NCBI GenBank assembly: GCA_964187785.1
Contig: OZ076409.1
Coordinates: forward strand, 78,618,001-78,682,000
DNA length: 64,000 nt
Reading direction: 5' to 3'
Source: Amphiscolops sp. MND2022
Lineage: Eukaryota
Both the position numbers and the translations under genes were made by a program. The notes under the pieces were generated by a model, which was given only the letters and a program-made list of their open reading frames with translations, was not told the DNA's origin and ran no database searches. Shown in pieces: positions 12,361-24,590 of this stretch. Every line of letters starts with the position of its first letter. Positions within the stretch are counted from its first letter, which is position 1.

Positions 12361-12480
12361 CTAAGGTCTGATTCTTGCACTGTGATATTGGGGTCATTGA
12401 ATGCTATTCGAATATATTCGGCTGTGTGATACCAAGTCCCAATCGTCAACGAACACTCTTGTCTGTCGTTTGGAAAGTAA
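12361..12480 (-). CDS. Exon of a Cys-loop ligand-gated ion channel subunit (nicotinic acetylcholine receptor-like): second half of the Cys-loop and loop B
   Basis: Acceptor tttcag and donor gtaagt; encodes YFPNDRQECSLTIGTWYHTAEYI. Confidence 0.88.
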
Positions 12481-13066
12481 CTGAAACGATACGCCCACTG
12501 ACAAACATGATTCCCCTGTATTATGTTTTTTGAAAGCTCCAATTTAGACAATGACCTTTGAATTCTTTGCATAATCGTGCCGACGAAGACCTTACGAAAC
12601 TTGCATAAAGAATCAAAAACAGTTAGCCATATAGGCCTCAAAGGGTGTGCAGTAATGAGAGTCAACTGTATAGTGATGATGAAAATACGATCTTAGGTTA
12701 TTAGTTTAAATCACATCAAGAAAAAAACGTTACTGCGAGCGGCGAGGTCTTTATAACTGGTTTGACCTTCATGTTTGTTGGTTTGTTTGAATGTCAGGAT
12801 AAAATATCGGGCGACAAAATATCAGAGGACAAGCTACACAGTGAAATTACCAGAGGGAAAATATGGATAAAATACCAACTTAGTGAACTTTCAGTAGTGA
12901 CCTAAAAGCAAGAGTGATGCGACGCGAAGCGACGAGCCATTCCTGATCAGCAGCTGGTTTTAACACGGGTCGAGGAAGGCCAAGTCATATATGCAACCAA
13001 TTTTACCAATGGTATATTGTCCTCAGGTTATTTTAGCTGTAACCGTTTTTTAACATGTTTACTAAC

Positions 13067-13180
13067 AGCACATTAATAGAGCAAGCAGCTGTGAGAATTT
13101 TGGGTCTCATCCAGAGCACAGTGCCATCGAATGTGACAAGCAGACCAATTGGATTGACCCCAGATTCCTCTTCCGCTATG
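13067..13180 (-). CDS. Exon of the same Cys-loop channel gene: first half of the Cys-loop
   Basis: Acceptor ttttag and donor gttagt; encodes IAEEESGVNPIGLLVTFDGTVLWMRPKILTAACSINVL. Splicing to 12480 gives C-SINVLYFPNDRQE-C, an exact C-x13-C loop. Confidence 0.88.
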
Positions 13181-13374
13181 CTAAAACAAAAATGAAGACT
13201 TACCAGACCTACAAAAAAAGAATACAAGCTAAATCCCATTCATATGTTATCAGCATAAAAACAGGACATGTGAGATAAAAAACAATAAAGCAAATGTAAC
13301 GGCACCCTCTGGCACATCCAAAATCAGTCGATATTGGAATTGGAACATTAGCACTGAGCATGAGACTGCTCTTT

Positions 13375-14102
13375 TGTAACGGCAAGCTCTGGTACAGCAA
13401 TATCAACCGACATGTTTAGAAATTTTGTCAAAAATTCGTTCAAATTTGACGTGGCACTCAAACATGCTCAAGACGAAGTACCTGCCAGAAAAAGCACCCC
13501 AAAAAAGCAGAAATCGCCGCTCGCGACAAACAAGCACCGGAGACGACTAAAAGACGTCCCCAACACATACAGAACACGGTATTGTGTCCATCTCTAGGAG
13601 ATATCCGTTACTACAGTAGAGAAAACCAGTGTTCCAGATGTTCGCCTGAGTGTTCCTGCGGTATCCTGTGTGGCAACTAGCGCTAGCGCTGGGAAGCTGA
13701 GGTCAATTTCCATCAAATGACTCTGAACTCTTGATTTCTTGTTGTATTTTTCGATGTGATAAATTAATGTGCTCGAGAGCTGTTATCTAACATCTGTTTA
13801 TCCAATTTGGCGATTTTATCAGATTCTCCAATACTACGGTTCAACCTTCAACGATTTTCAGCCCGATTTTTAAAGGCTAGTTGAGCAGTGGTCTTGAGTC
13901 ATGCAAGATGCCTGTTACTTTTAGCAGTTACAGACTAGGACCAGGCCAGAGAGTATCCTACAAGACGGTTCCCCCACCTTGGGACTGGCTCCTTCGGAGG
14001 GAAAATGAGCTAGGGCCGCGGAGATCTAGGTCCCAGATTATATTCGCTGTTCTAGTTCCTCCACTCTAAGTTGCGGTTCAAGCGCCAGCGCTTATCGTTA
14101 CA
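13375..14102 (+). repeat. 5' LTR of element D
   Basis: Direct repeat of 31330-32057; 7-bp terminal inverted repeat. Confidence 0.95.
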
Positions 14103-14117
14103 TAGAAACTCATTTTT

Positions 14118-14134
14118 TGGCGACCACAGAGGGA
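14118..14134 (+). promoter_or_regulatory. Primer binding site of element D, tRNA-Arg-like (TGGCGACCACAGAGGGA)
   Basis: Resembles the complement of the eukaryotic tRNA-Arg 3' end (TGGCGACCACGAAGGGA); 15 nt downstream of the LTR. Confidence 0.7.
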
Positions 14135-16643
14135 TCGTCTTGGGAAACTTTCCCTAGCGGTTTTTAAAAGATCTGGCCCCCTGGTGATCAGCGCCAAGCC
14201 CGTTTTCGACTCTGGACAAGAGGGAGAAGCAGAGTTTTACCTTTTTTTAGTCGTATTACGTCTTACTGGAACTGGGAGAGGCGTTGAACCAGAGAAAGTG
14301 CCGAAGAAATCGTGTTTTCAGGTGTGAAAATGGTATTTTTGGGCATTTTAGAAGGAAATCGCTCTTTATGTGTGATGTGTTGTGTACCCATCAGCGGGTA
14401 CCTTTTTGCAGGTGCAGAGGACCGTAGCACGTGGCTACGGGTGTCTAACAGGTTTTTTGAGCTATTTTCAGCCATTTTATGCCATGCAAGAGGGTAACGG
14501 ATGGAAGGTCGACCATACTCCAGCGAGGCGAAGGAGGGGACAAATCTCGTGTTGCCTACTTCCTATTCCCATTTCTCGTGGAGACGTCCTAGAGGCATGG
14601 TTTTTGGTGGACAGCAAGTGCAACGACAGACGGTGCTAATGGTCCCACCCGCGTGTTTCTGTCTGGTCTAGATGTGGAGAAATAACGTGGTGAAGATACA
14701 CCCTCTTATGACCAGATGTGTCGCTCAGATGGAGTATGGTTGGCGAAAATTTTGAAAATACACCTCTTTCGATGGAGAATCGTTGGTGCAGGTCAGTAAC
14801 GTTCTACCATAAATGTAACGACACCCTACGAAGTGCTTTTCTGTGAAAAAGATAGCACTTGGAGAAAAAAACCTCATTTTTGCGTTTTTTTGGTGTTTTT
14901 CTTGGTTTCGAGCACTAGTGCTCAAAGAAGCCAGGAAAGCTTGGTAGAAAGTTTTGAAAAAGCAGCTGCAAGGCTCGAGAAAGCCGGCACGAGGCACGAA
15001 AGGCGAAGTTGAAGCCTTTGATTGTGATAAAAGTGCCAATTTGGCGCCGAAAAATGTGGAAAAAGTGGAAATTTGGCCAAAAAGGCACCTAAAATGTGAA
15101 CGTACACAAGTATGGAAGTGCAAAATAGCAGTGTACGGCATTGCTTCAAGTGTAGTTGACCTTCAGGATTTTAACTGCAACTTTTGTAGCGGACTCAGGC
15201 AGCCTGGGGCTGACACAGTGCGAAAAACTTGTGATTTTTGGCATTTTCGAGCAGAGAAAGTGCATTATCCGAAAGCATCCAGAGCAAAGCTTATTCGAAG
15301 AGAGCGGGCTTGAGCGCTCTCATTTTCGATTTTAGCAGCAAAAACAACGCGTGGTGGTGAAAACTGCGTGTGAAAATTCCCATTCAGTGCCGAGAAAAGT
15401 GGAAAAACGCACTGAATTTGATCAATCTTCCACAAAACCGGACCGTCTCTGAACTAGGGTCGGGTCATAGATTCCTGAAACCTAGCCAAAAGGTGGTTGC
15501 ATTTTCGTAATCACCACTAAATCTAACGTTAGTGCTGAAAATTTGGTGAGCGTAACGGTCACCAAAGTCGAGAAAAGCTCTCTGACGTTTCGACTTCAGA
15601 AAAGCATAAAAAGACCGAAAAAATCCAAAACTGCGGGATTGTCAGTGCCTTATACCTAACGGGCACAACCAATCGAGGGTTTATCCCAGTGCTACGGATA
15701 GTGGGGCAACACGTTGGTCCCATTTTGCCCGCCGTATCACTTTCTGAGGTGATCCTCTTGGTCAATTTGTGAAAAAAGTTGTCAAAAACAGCGTTTTTTC
15801 GTGTACAACGTATATAGTGGGTCGAAACCTCAAATAAGCGCTCGCGCTTCAATTCGACCAATTCAGTGGCATTGTAGGTGCCCACTGGCATAGGCTATCA
15901 AGTTTGGTGCCGATCTGTGTGATACTTGTCGAGAGAATAGAAAAAACGTGGAGCCCAAAAAGGCGTGCAAAAAGGCAGTTTTTTCTTAATTTTTCCAAGT
16001 AACCCGGGCACCTTGGCTGAAGGGTGGGGCTATATTGCAGCCCACCATTGTAACTTGTGCTAGTTCCTACGTTGCTGCAGAGAATTTGAGCTTGCTAGCT
16101 TTTTCCAGTGGACCGCAATCTTGAAAAAGACGTAAAAAACAGTCTATTTCGGTACATAGTGGTACCGCACGTCTGTACCTAGGTGAAACTGTGGAAAAGG
16201 GGCGCAGCTCAAAACTGTGTTCATTTTCGTAAACCTACGTGTACCTAAGATCTGCTGGTCAATTTTGGGCTTGATACAGCGCTTCCAGCGCACACACGAG
16301 CCTCTTGAGTGTTGTTGTGCGATTTTTGGAAAATCCAAAAATTCTCTGAAATTCTTCCTGTGAGTGACCGGAGACTCTTTGCCCTAAACCAGGTTGATTT
16401 TCTGACCCAGTGTGCTTGTGGGAAAGCGCTGTGCAAATTTGAACAGCCTACGAGCTCTAGAACGTGTTTCGGAAAATCTTGGACATTGAGCAACATTAAT
16501 TTTCTTAAGTGCTCATCGAGACGACCAAGGGATCAGCCTCGAATTGAAGACCCTGGTGCGTTCGGCGACCTGATTTGAGTCTTCCGAGTAATCGTGAGCG
16601 GTAACTCGATCGCTATTAATAAAACGCATTGGCCACCGAACTG

Positions 16644-19625
16644 ATGGCGGTGCCCCATACATGTTCACAATCGTGGGTCACGATGGATGGTTCGCGGTTT
16701 TCAGACGACATGTCTGATGAAGTCACTATCGAACAACAGCGAAAGGAGGAGTTGGCCGCTATGGTTCCTCCCTCCGAGAACTCAAGTGTTTCCGAGAATT
16801 CGCGTCGAACCGAGCAGTGGGTCGACGAAACCTGCCGCGATAGAACCAATGAAGTGGAGGAGGGCTGGCCCAATTCGAACGCAACCAATGAATTTGTGGC
16901 TGAGGAAGGGTGCTCGCGCGCACCCCCAGCTGAAGAGGCACAACCCGGCTCACAGACCGACATGGAGCAGGATCTCACTTATGTGGGAGGCATGGGTTAC
17001 GCGAGACCGCGAGGACTCGGGACCACTCGAGGACCTATTCGGGTCTGTGCCTACGGAAAGCACAAGAAGGTGCGACCACCCATGCTGAATGCAGGCGAAC
17101 CTCGTCAAGAGGCGTCCCGCGTTAGGAGTATGACAGGTTCATTGGCCTCGTCGCAACGGTCTTCGGTGTACAAGGCAGCGTTATTGGATGCCCAATATGA
17201 AACCCAACGGGCTTTAGCAGGTCTGGCCAGCACTCGTGCTGAGTGCAATGAGCAACATCTTGCCATCGTCGAAAGTATTAAAGTGATGCAGACGTCAATG
17301 CGTGAGGGCCTGCAAGTCAGTGATCAATTGCGTACCGCGCAGAACGTGCAAAATGCTCGAGTGGACACCTTGGGTCACCGGATGGGAGAGATGAATGACA
17401 TGTTGATGGCTCGCGAGTTGCGCGTGGAAACGCAGATCAACGACTTAAGCAATCAGATGCACACAGTACTCAATGCCATTGATGTCATGAGGCGCGAGAG
17501 GTCACTCCCGCGGCAGCCCAGTGCAAGTGGAGGTGTGCGGAATGGAGGTCCAGTCCGTGTCTCGGAGCCGACGTACCCGAGCCAAGTAGTGAAACCAGAA
17601 CTGCCAAGTGCGTTGAAGCCTAGCACTTCCAGGCCGGCGGTACCTGCTACTCGGAAAGATGAAGAAGTAGCCGGAAATTTGGTGATAGCCACGCCTGATG
17701 CAGAGCGCAAGCCTGCACGAGTGCAGATGAGAGGACATCACGACTCAGCAGAGTCATCAATACCCTCTGCAGCCCAGAGCACTACTCGTGATCAAGGCGT
17801 GGATCCGATGTCAACAATCTACCTTGATTCTTCGGTTGAAGTCGACTTACTCAACACTAAGGCAACCCTAGGTTCTCAAACCGAGGGAGCAACGTTTGCA
17901 ACAGCCCCTATTTCGATGTCAGGACCAGACTCCTTATACTTGACCGCAGACTTGTCAGCCGATCATGGACTGCCCTCGGGCACTCCCTGTGCTAGCAGCA
18001 CTCGCAAGAAGGACGAAATCGCTGACCTGTCAATAAAAGCCACTCTTGGTAGTCATGACAGGACGCGTGAGGGGGAGACTAAGGTCGAAGAAGGAGAAGC
18101 CATATCCCCTGAGCAGCTGAGATTCACGGCCGCCATGTCAAAGGCAATGTCAAAAGAGTTAGCGCCTTTGCTCGCCAGTAGAGACTTGGCTCAGGCGAGA
18201 CCCAATGTGTATCGCGGCTCCAAAGACGCATCTCTTGATGGGTGGATCCTTATTATGCAGAGATACTTGAAGAGAACGCAAACCAAGGTCTCGGCCGAGG
18301 ACCAGGCCTGGAGCATCATTGGTCACCTTGAAGGTGAAGCTCGCAACTACATCATTAACAAAGCGGAATCCGAACGTGACACCCCCGAGAAGGTGTGTGA
18401 ATTGTTATCTAGCCGCTTTGGCGCTGGAGGAAATCGTATGCAAGTACGACAAGCCTTCCAGAGCCGCATTCAACATGAGAAAGAAGACTGGATGCAGTAT
18501 TTAGACGCTCTAGAGTGTCTTAGAAGTCAAGGATTCCCGCAAGAGGCAATCACTACCAAGCGCTACGAAATCCTCCAGCGCTTCATGGAGGGCGTGCGAG
18601 ACCCAGCGTTGAGGCGGGAACTTGCTATAGTGTATGCCTCGGAAGTCTTCCTGACCGAACCACATACGGTGGAATCCCTTCGCTTCACCACCCGCCAATT
18701 GCAGCGCAATCGTCCCAAACCCAACCAATTCCCTCAACCCTATGACCCCAGACTAGCAATGAGGTCTAGACCTCATCCCTTCGCGCCACTACCCCCCAAC
18801 AAAATGGTGTTACCTCAAGGAGTAATGCCTCCCCCACCTGCGAGCAATGCCCCGCCAAATCAGGCAGCAGCGCAGCCTGCGGCACGCCTACCCGTTGGCG
18901 CATGCTTCAATTGTGGTCAAGCTGGGCATTTTGCCCGGGACTGTCCCACCCGCGACCAAGCTCGCAAACCAGTGGCAGCCCCCGAGCCGGAAGGCGTGAA
19001 AGTCACTGCTGAAGACGTGACTGATGGCGTGTTGGAGAATTATCCAGGCATTCATCAGTGTGCGCACTGTGGAGTCTATGACCACGTGGATGTCCCCTGC
19101 GGTGAGCATTCTCAAGTTCCAAGGCCTAATGATGAATTGGCCTACAATCGATGGGCCGAGGTGGAATCCGCTGGTGTTGCCGCCCACACCGTACCCCTGG
19201 AGGATGATTGTGTGTTAATGCTGCACCCGGCAGAACCTCCAGCGTTTCATACCCCACTGATAGTTACATGCGGAGCAAAGCAGATCCAAACGTGCTTGGA
19301 GCCTACCACGTTCGATCCACAGGGGCGAACGTTGATCTCGATTCATCTGATGCTGGCAGCCGAGCAGGTGCGTAGACCAACGCTAACCTTGGCGAAACTC
19401 TGGGTTGAGCTATCTATCCTCTATAAACGGATGGAGTTGCCCCGCCCAAAGCAGTGGTACGTCCCTGGAGAGTCAGAGACCCTGACTACGTACTCTCCGG
19501 TACCAGTCTGTGCAACGATGGACGGCGTGGACGTGAAGTTCGAGGCTTGCGTGGTGGTAGATGTATTCCCACCCGGCTTATGCTTGGGACCTCAAGAGCT
19601 GAAATGCTATAATATCAATCACTAA
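16644..19625 (+). CDS. gag: Gag of element D (coiled coil, capsid-like domain, CCHC knuckle) plus a C-terminal protease-like segment
   Basis: CFNCGQAGHFARDC knuckle; first ATG at 16644 in the 998-codon ORF; in frame with pol across a TAA. Confidence 0.88.
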   Translation: MAVPHTCSQSWVTMDGSRFSDDMSDEVTIEQQRKEELAAMVPPSENSSVSENSRRTEQWVDETCRDRTNEVEEGWPNSNATNEFVAEEGCSRAPPAEEAQPGSQTDMEQDLTYVGGMGYARPRGLGTTRGPIRVCAYGKHKKVRPPMLNAGEPRQEASRVRSMTGSLASSQRSSVYKAALLDAQYETQRALAGLASTRAECNEQHLAIVESIKVMQTSMREGLQVSDQLRTAQNVQNARVDTLGHRMGEMNDMLMARELRVETQINDLSNQMHTVLNAIDVMRRERSLPRQPSASGGVRNGGPVRVSEPTYPSQVVKPELPSALKPSTSRPAVPATRKDEEVAGNLVIATPDAERKPARVQMRGHHDSAESSIPSAAQSTTRDQGVDPMSTIYLDSSVEVDLLNTKATLGSQTEGATFATAPISMSGPDSLYLTADLSADHGLPSGTPCASSTRKKDEIADLSIKATLGSHDRTREGETKVEEGEAISPEQLRFTAAMSKAMSKELAPLLASRDLAQARPNVYRGSKDASLDGWILIMQRYLKRTQTKVSAEDQAWSIIGHLEGEARNYIINKAESERDTPEKVCELLSSRFGAGGNRMQVRQAFQSRIQHEKEDWMQYLDALECLRSQGFPQEAITTKRYEILQRFMEGVRDPALRRELAIVYASEVFLTEPHTVESLRFTTRQLQRNRPKPNQFPQPYDPRLAMRSRPHPFAPLPPNKMVLPQGVMPPPPASNAPPNQAAAQPAARLPVGACFNCGQAGHFARDCPTRDQARKPVAAPEPEGVKVTAEDVTDGVLENYPGIHQCAHCGVYDHVDVPCGEHSQVPRPNDELAYNRWAEVESAGVAAHTVPLEDDCVLMLHPAEPPAFHTPLIVTCGAKQIQTCLEPTTFDPQGRTLISIHLMLAAEQVRRPTLTLAKLWVELSILYKRMELPRPKQWYVPGESETLTTYSPVPVCATMDGVDVKFEACVVVDVFPPGLCLGPQELKCYNINH

Positions 19626-22182
19626 GATCCCACCGGAGAAGCGCGGATAGATGAGCGTGCGTCGCTTGTTGTCTCCTTTGTGGTGCCCCATGCGGCACCT
19701 ATCCCACTGCGAGGCTTGGTGGATACTGGTTCCGGGGTGTCCATATTAACCTTCTCCGCCTTTAATCGGGTAGCTGCACGGACCGGTGCGGTCCTGAAAC
19801 CCTATCAAATTGATTTGTACGCTGCCAATGGGAAGACAAAAAAGACTTTCGGGTTAGCTGAGCAGGTTCGCTTCCAGTTGGGAGGGTATGAACTCGAAAC
19901 CAATTTTGTCGTGGTAGATGACGCAATGGGTGTGGAGGACTTTCTGCTGGGTCGAAACTTCCTCCGTTCCTACCAAGTCCTGGTAGACCTAACCTCCATG
20001 AAGATAGTGGTGCGAGCACCAGTGAAACCCGTCTGGCATCATGCACACACCCAGGTAGGTGACGCTTCGCTAACTACTCCCATTGCTCTGGACAGTGACC
20101 TGGTCCTACAGCCTTTCGAGCGTACAGTGGCAAAGGCTAAACTTGTCACCGACGCGCTTGAACCACTAATTTTCCAGACCGTGGCGCTTAACGCCTCGTT
20201 GTCTGATCTCTCATTGCAAAATACCATCTTTTTAGAGGACAGCCTGGCCACTGTCAGTGAGACAGGAACATTGTACGTGAGTCTGATAAACCTCACCAGC
20301 AACCAGCAGCGTGTACGATGTGGTGCTCACCTGGGCACGGTAGTGCCTGTGTCTTTAGTATACCAGGCTGTGCCCCAAAATCTGGATGCTACTACAAAAA
20401 CTGACCATAAAACTGAAGCCGACAACAGTCGAGCAAATTTTGTTTATAAAGTGTACAGTGAAATGAATCTATCCACTGCTTCTGAGTTGACTTCTTCATC
20501 TGAATTTGAGTTTTTGTCTTCGACGGATCCAAGTGAAGCGGGGCTTTCGGAGCGCGAGATTCGTAAGCGCACCGATCCGGACCTATTGGCCCCGATCCCT
20601 GGGCCCGATTCTCAATTGCAAGAGGTTAAGAAACTCTGGGGCGCTAGCGCCTGCGAGTCCTTGGACAACATTCTTAACGAGTTCGATGACCTATTTATGA
20701 AGCGTAAGGCGGATATTGGCCGCTGTACCATTGCTAAACATACGATAGAGGTAGAGCCTGGGGCTGTACCGCACCGTAAAGGTGCTCGCAGAATGTCCTC
20801 CGAAAAGGCTGAACGAGCCAACCAGGAGGTTCGAAGCCTACTGGCCTTAGGGATGATACAACCCTCACTGTCCCCTTGGGCAAGTGGTATCGTAATGGTA
20901 AAAAAAGCGGGGAGTTGCGTTTTTGCTGTGACTTCCGACCGCTAAACGAAGTAACCATTAAGGATGCCTACCCCCTGCCCCGCATCGACGAAAGCCTGGC
21001 GCGACTTGGCAATGCAAAGATCTACACTAGCATAGATCTTGCCTGGGCCTTCTGGCAAATTCCTTTGCGAAAGGCGGACCGCCACAAGACAGCTTTTGCC
21101 TGTGAGTTGGGACTCTTCGAATGGCGGAGAATGCCATTCGGCTTGTGCAATGCATCGGCCACCTTCCAGCGAGCAATAGCGCGAGCGCTACAAAAATAGT
21201 TAATCGCAAAGGCAGCATGGTCATGGCATACATTGACGACATAGTCATAGCAACGGAGACTGTGGAAGATCACATGGCGCGTTTGCGCGAAGTCTTTGAA
21301 TGCCTCCGCGAGGCTGGCTTCAAGATGCGCGTAGCCAAATGCGATTTCATGAAATCAGAAATCAAATATCTGGGACGCGTGGTCTCTGCAGAAGGTGTCA
21401 AGCTGGACCCGAAGGCTGTTGCCAAATTGCGCGACTGGGACATCCCTCGCAACAAGACAGAGATGCAAAGTTTTTTGGGATTCGCTAATTATTATCGTGA
21501 ATTTATCCCATGGCATACCAAGCTGGCAGCGCCGCCGCTGGTTACTGGACTGAATGCCACGTTTGCATGGGGCCCTGAACAACAAAAGGCCTTCAACGAG
21601 ATCAAGAAGGGATTGATCGAGGCGACTGCGCTCGCGCAGCCCGATTCCGAAGGAGAGTTTGTGCTGGACACCGATGCCAGCGCTGTTGCCATTTCCGGTA
21701 TTCTACACCAGTGGCAAGGAGCTCCAGGAGAGCGACGCCTGCGACCGATCATATACGGTAGCAAGAAACTAACCACCACCCAAGCCAAATATGGGGCAAC
21801 CAAGCTAGAAATGTTTGCAGCCTATTACTTCATCCTGAAAAACCACAGCTACCTTTGCCCCCGAAAGTTCACCCTGAGAGTCGATAATCAAGCCCTATCC
21901 TGGTTGAAAACCTACTCTACAGACCAAGCATTGATTGGACGTTGGATCATGACACTGGACAAGTATCACTTTCGTGTGGAACACAGACCGCGAACGCAAC
22001 ACCGCAATGCTGATGGCTTGAGCAAACGAACCAACGACTATCGATGCCGAGAAAAGCAGCTTGCGCAGCTGCCAGCCACAGGAGAGCGTTGGAAATTCTT
22101 CTCGGTCGAGGAATTCGACAACCTCCCCGTAGCCCCCTGGTTCGACCTGCAAGGTCGAATAATTCCAAATCATCCTGACTGA
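19626..22182 (+). pseudogene. pol: Pol of element D: aspartic protease, dUTPase-like spacer domain, reverse transcriptase and RNase H (frameshifts near 20905 and 21195)
   Basis: LVDTGSG, FLLGRNFL, LRFCCDFRPLN, DAYPLPRID, MPFGLCNA, AYIDDIVI, LDTDAS, HRNADGLS. Confidence 0.93.
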
Positions 22183-24590
22183 CCAGCACATCTGCAGAAT
22201 TTGGAGCCTAAGGCTCCCGACCAAACACTTCGCGTGCTTCGCCGTGCGCAACGAGCGAATAAGCGAGAACGACAGGCAAAGGCGCTAGCCGCACCTCTAC
22301 CGCCCAAGCCTCCACCCGTGCTGCAAAAGCATGAGGACTTCTACCCAGACTATCCAGAAGACTGGAAAGACGTCACCACCGAGGCGAGCGAGGATTACCT
22401 GCTGCCAACGCATGCAGTAAATGTCCCCTCTCGTACTATCTATTCTGTGGCGGGAACGAATAACGCCACGTTACAGATTTTTCCTTGTGGAGTGCGCGAG
22501 TCAATCATGGCCCTCAAGGACATTGACACGGAGCTCCATGAACACACTCATACCGTACATGGAATCAAGGATTTGGTCCTATCCCAAAACCGTGACGTCC
22601 ATGTGCTGGCACTGAAAAAGCTCGTGCAGTGTGAATCCCTAGATAACGATGTGTTTCCCGAGAACGTGCGTGAATTCGCACGTAACTATTTTCGCCAGAA
22701 AAAGGACCTCTTGTTCATAAACAAGAACGATGTCCTTTGCGTGCAATACTCACCCTCCCAACGCCCATTGCACGATTGTCCGTGCATGATTATTATGCCT
22801 CAACTATACCAGCATGAAATCCTGTTCTGTGCGCACGACGCCATGGGACACCAAGGCATCTCAAAAGTGGTAGCTCGAATTCAAGAGCGCCACACCTGGC
22901 CCGGCATCCGGCGCAGTGTCGGTCGATACGTCGGCCAGTGCCTCACCTGCCAACAAGTACGTGACAAACCTGGTGACGTACGATTTCAACTGAAAAACAT
23001 CCAGAGTGGCTATTTTACCGAGCTGGTCCAGTATGACCACTTAAAAATCTGCCCCTCTGATAATAACAACACCGGCATTCTGGTCATCATAGACCACTTT
23101 TCCAAATTTGCAGAGGCAGTCCCTTGTAGTCACCACGACTATGACGCAGTGACCACCTCACGATTGCTGCTGCAGAAATGGTTTGCCCGCCATGGCACTC
23201 CCACTCGCATGCAATCAGACAATGCTCCAAACCTTACTGCTGAAGTCTCCAATGAGTTCTTGAAGGCAGCTCACGTCACCAAAGTGACCTCCACCGCCGG
23301 ACATCCACGAACTCAAGTTTTGGTGGAACGACAAAACCGCACCCTTTTAACCTTGTTACGAGTCTTTTGCTCGCGCCGTATGCGCGACTGGGACCAGTGC
23401 TTAGATGAAGTGATTGGGGCCTATAATTCTACCAGGCACGCCACTACTGGCTTCTCGCCCTACATGTTGACTAGAGGTGTTGAGAAAGCAATCCCCCTCA
23501 CCTTTTTGCACCCTGAATTTGCAGCCAAGTCCTTTGATACGCATGAAGCGTATGTGGATCATGTGTTGGCTCGCCAACAAGAAATTCACGACTTGGTCCG
23601 GCGCAATACGCACCAGGCCCAGCTACGCCAAAAATTGAAGTATGATCGTGCTATTCGGGCACGGGCCTACCAGCCAGGAGAGCTTGTCTGGGTTTTTTGC
23701 CGCTATGTGCCGAACTGATGCGTGCCTGGCGTGGCCCGCACAAAGTAGTACAGGTCTTCCAAGAAGGACGTGTCTACGTGTTGGACACAGGCCAAAAGGA
23801 TCATTTTGAGCGCCTGAAACCTCATCACAGTGGGCCCCTTGAGCTCGCCGCCGCGCAAGCGGACAGCGGCGAAATAGTGGTGCTCATGGACCCTGACCCT
23901 GAACGTTCCATCGATGTGGTTGATGATGATAAGTCTCAGCCTTCATATAAAACTGAACAATTGTTTTCAGAAGCATCTGACGTATCCTTGCCTTCGCGCA
24001 AGCACCATTGGATGGATACCCGCCTACGCACAAAGTTGCGTGCTGGGGGTTCCCGCATGCACTACCAGCAGTTCGACTACTCGACCTCGGGCACTGACGA
24101 TGAGTTATCCGAAATCATGTTGCCGGTACCTCTTGATCCCGTTGATGCTGATCGTAGGGAACCCGAAGTCCCCCACTCCCCTGCAGATCAATCGATATCA
24201 CCTACCCATCGTCTACCTCAACTATTCTCAGACAATGAGCGTGCGCGCTCTCCGTCACCACAAATATCTTCTCCCGAAAAACAGTCCTCCTTATTGGGAA
24301 CGTCAGCCCCATTATTGACAAATCCATCACTCACGAGTTTCCTCAATAACTATCCCATTTGGCCGGCCGCTCCTTCACTCCCTCTGAAGTCCGCCACCGA
24401 GGATGACGACGTTCAGTCCAATGTGCCTACTCTTCCCACGACATTGCCCGGTGCGGGGACCGCTCCTTCTCTCAAAAGGGGGAGGGGGAGACCACCCAAA
24501 ACGCAAAAACTGTTGGTCAGAGCGAAGGCAAGAACAAGGAAGAAGGAAATAACAACAACAATGCCATCAGAAACAGCAATGCCGACCTAG
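22183..24590 (+). pseudogene. Integrase of element D and low-complexity C-terminal tail (frameshift near 23710)
   Basis: HDAMGHQG...CLTC zinc finger; YDHL / SDNA / VERQNR DDE triad; WRGPHKVV. Confidence 0.92.

Noticed and set aside
14135..16628. Short ORFs in the leader of element D
   Set aside because: No recognisable motifs; treated as a long 5' untranslated leader
19623..19625. Programmed stop-codon readthrough between gag and pol in D
   Set aside because: TAA without an evident readthrough context, and the copy has many other nonsense codons; simple CAA>TAA decay is more likely (not excluded without a consensus)
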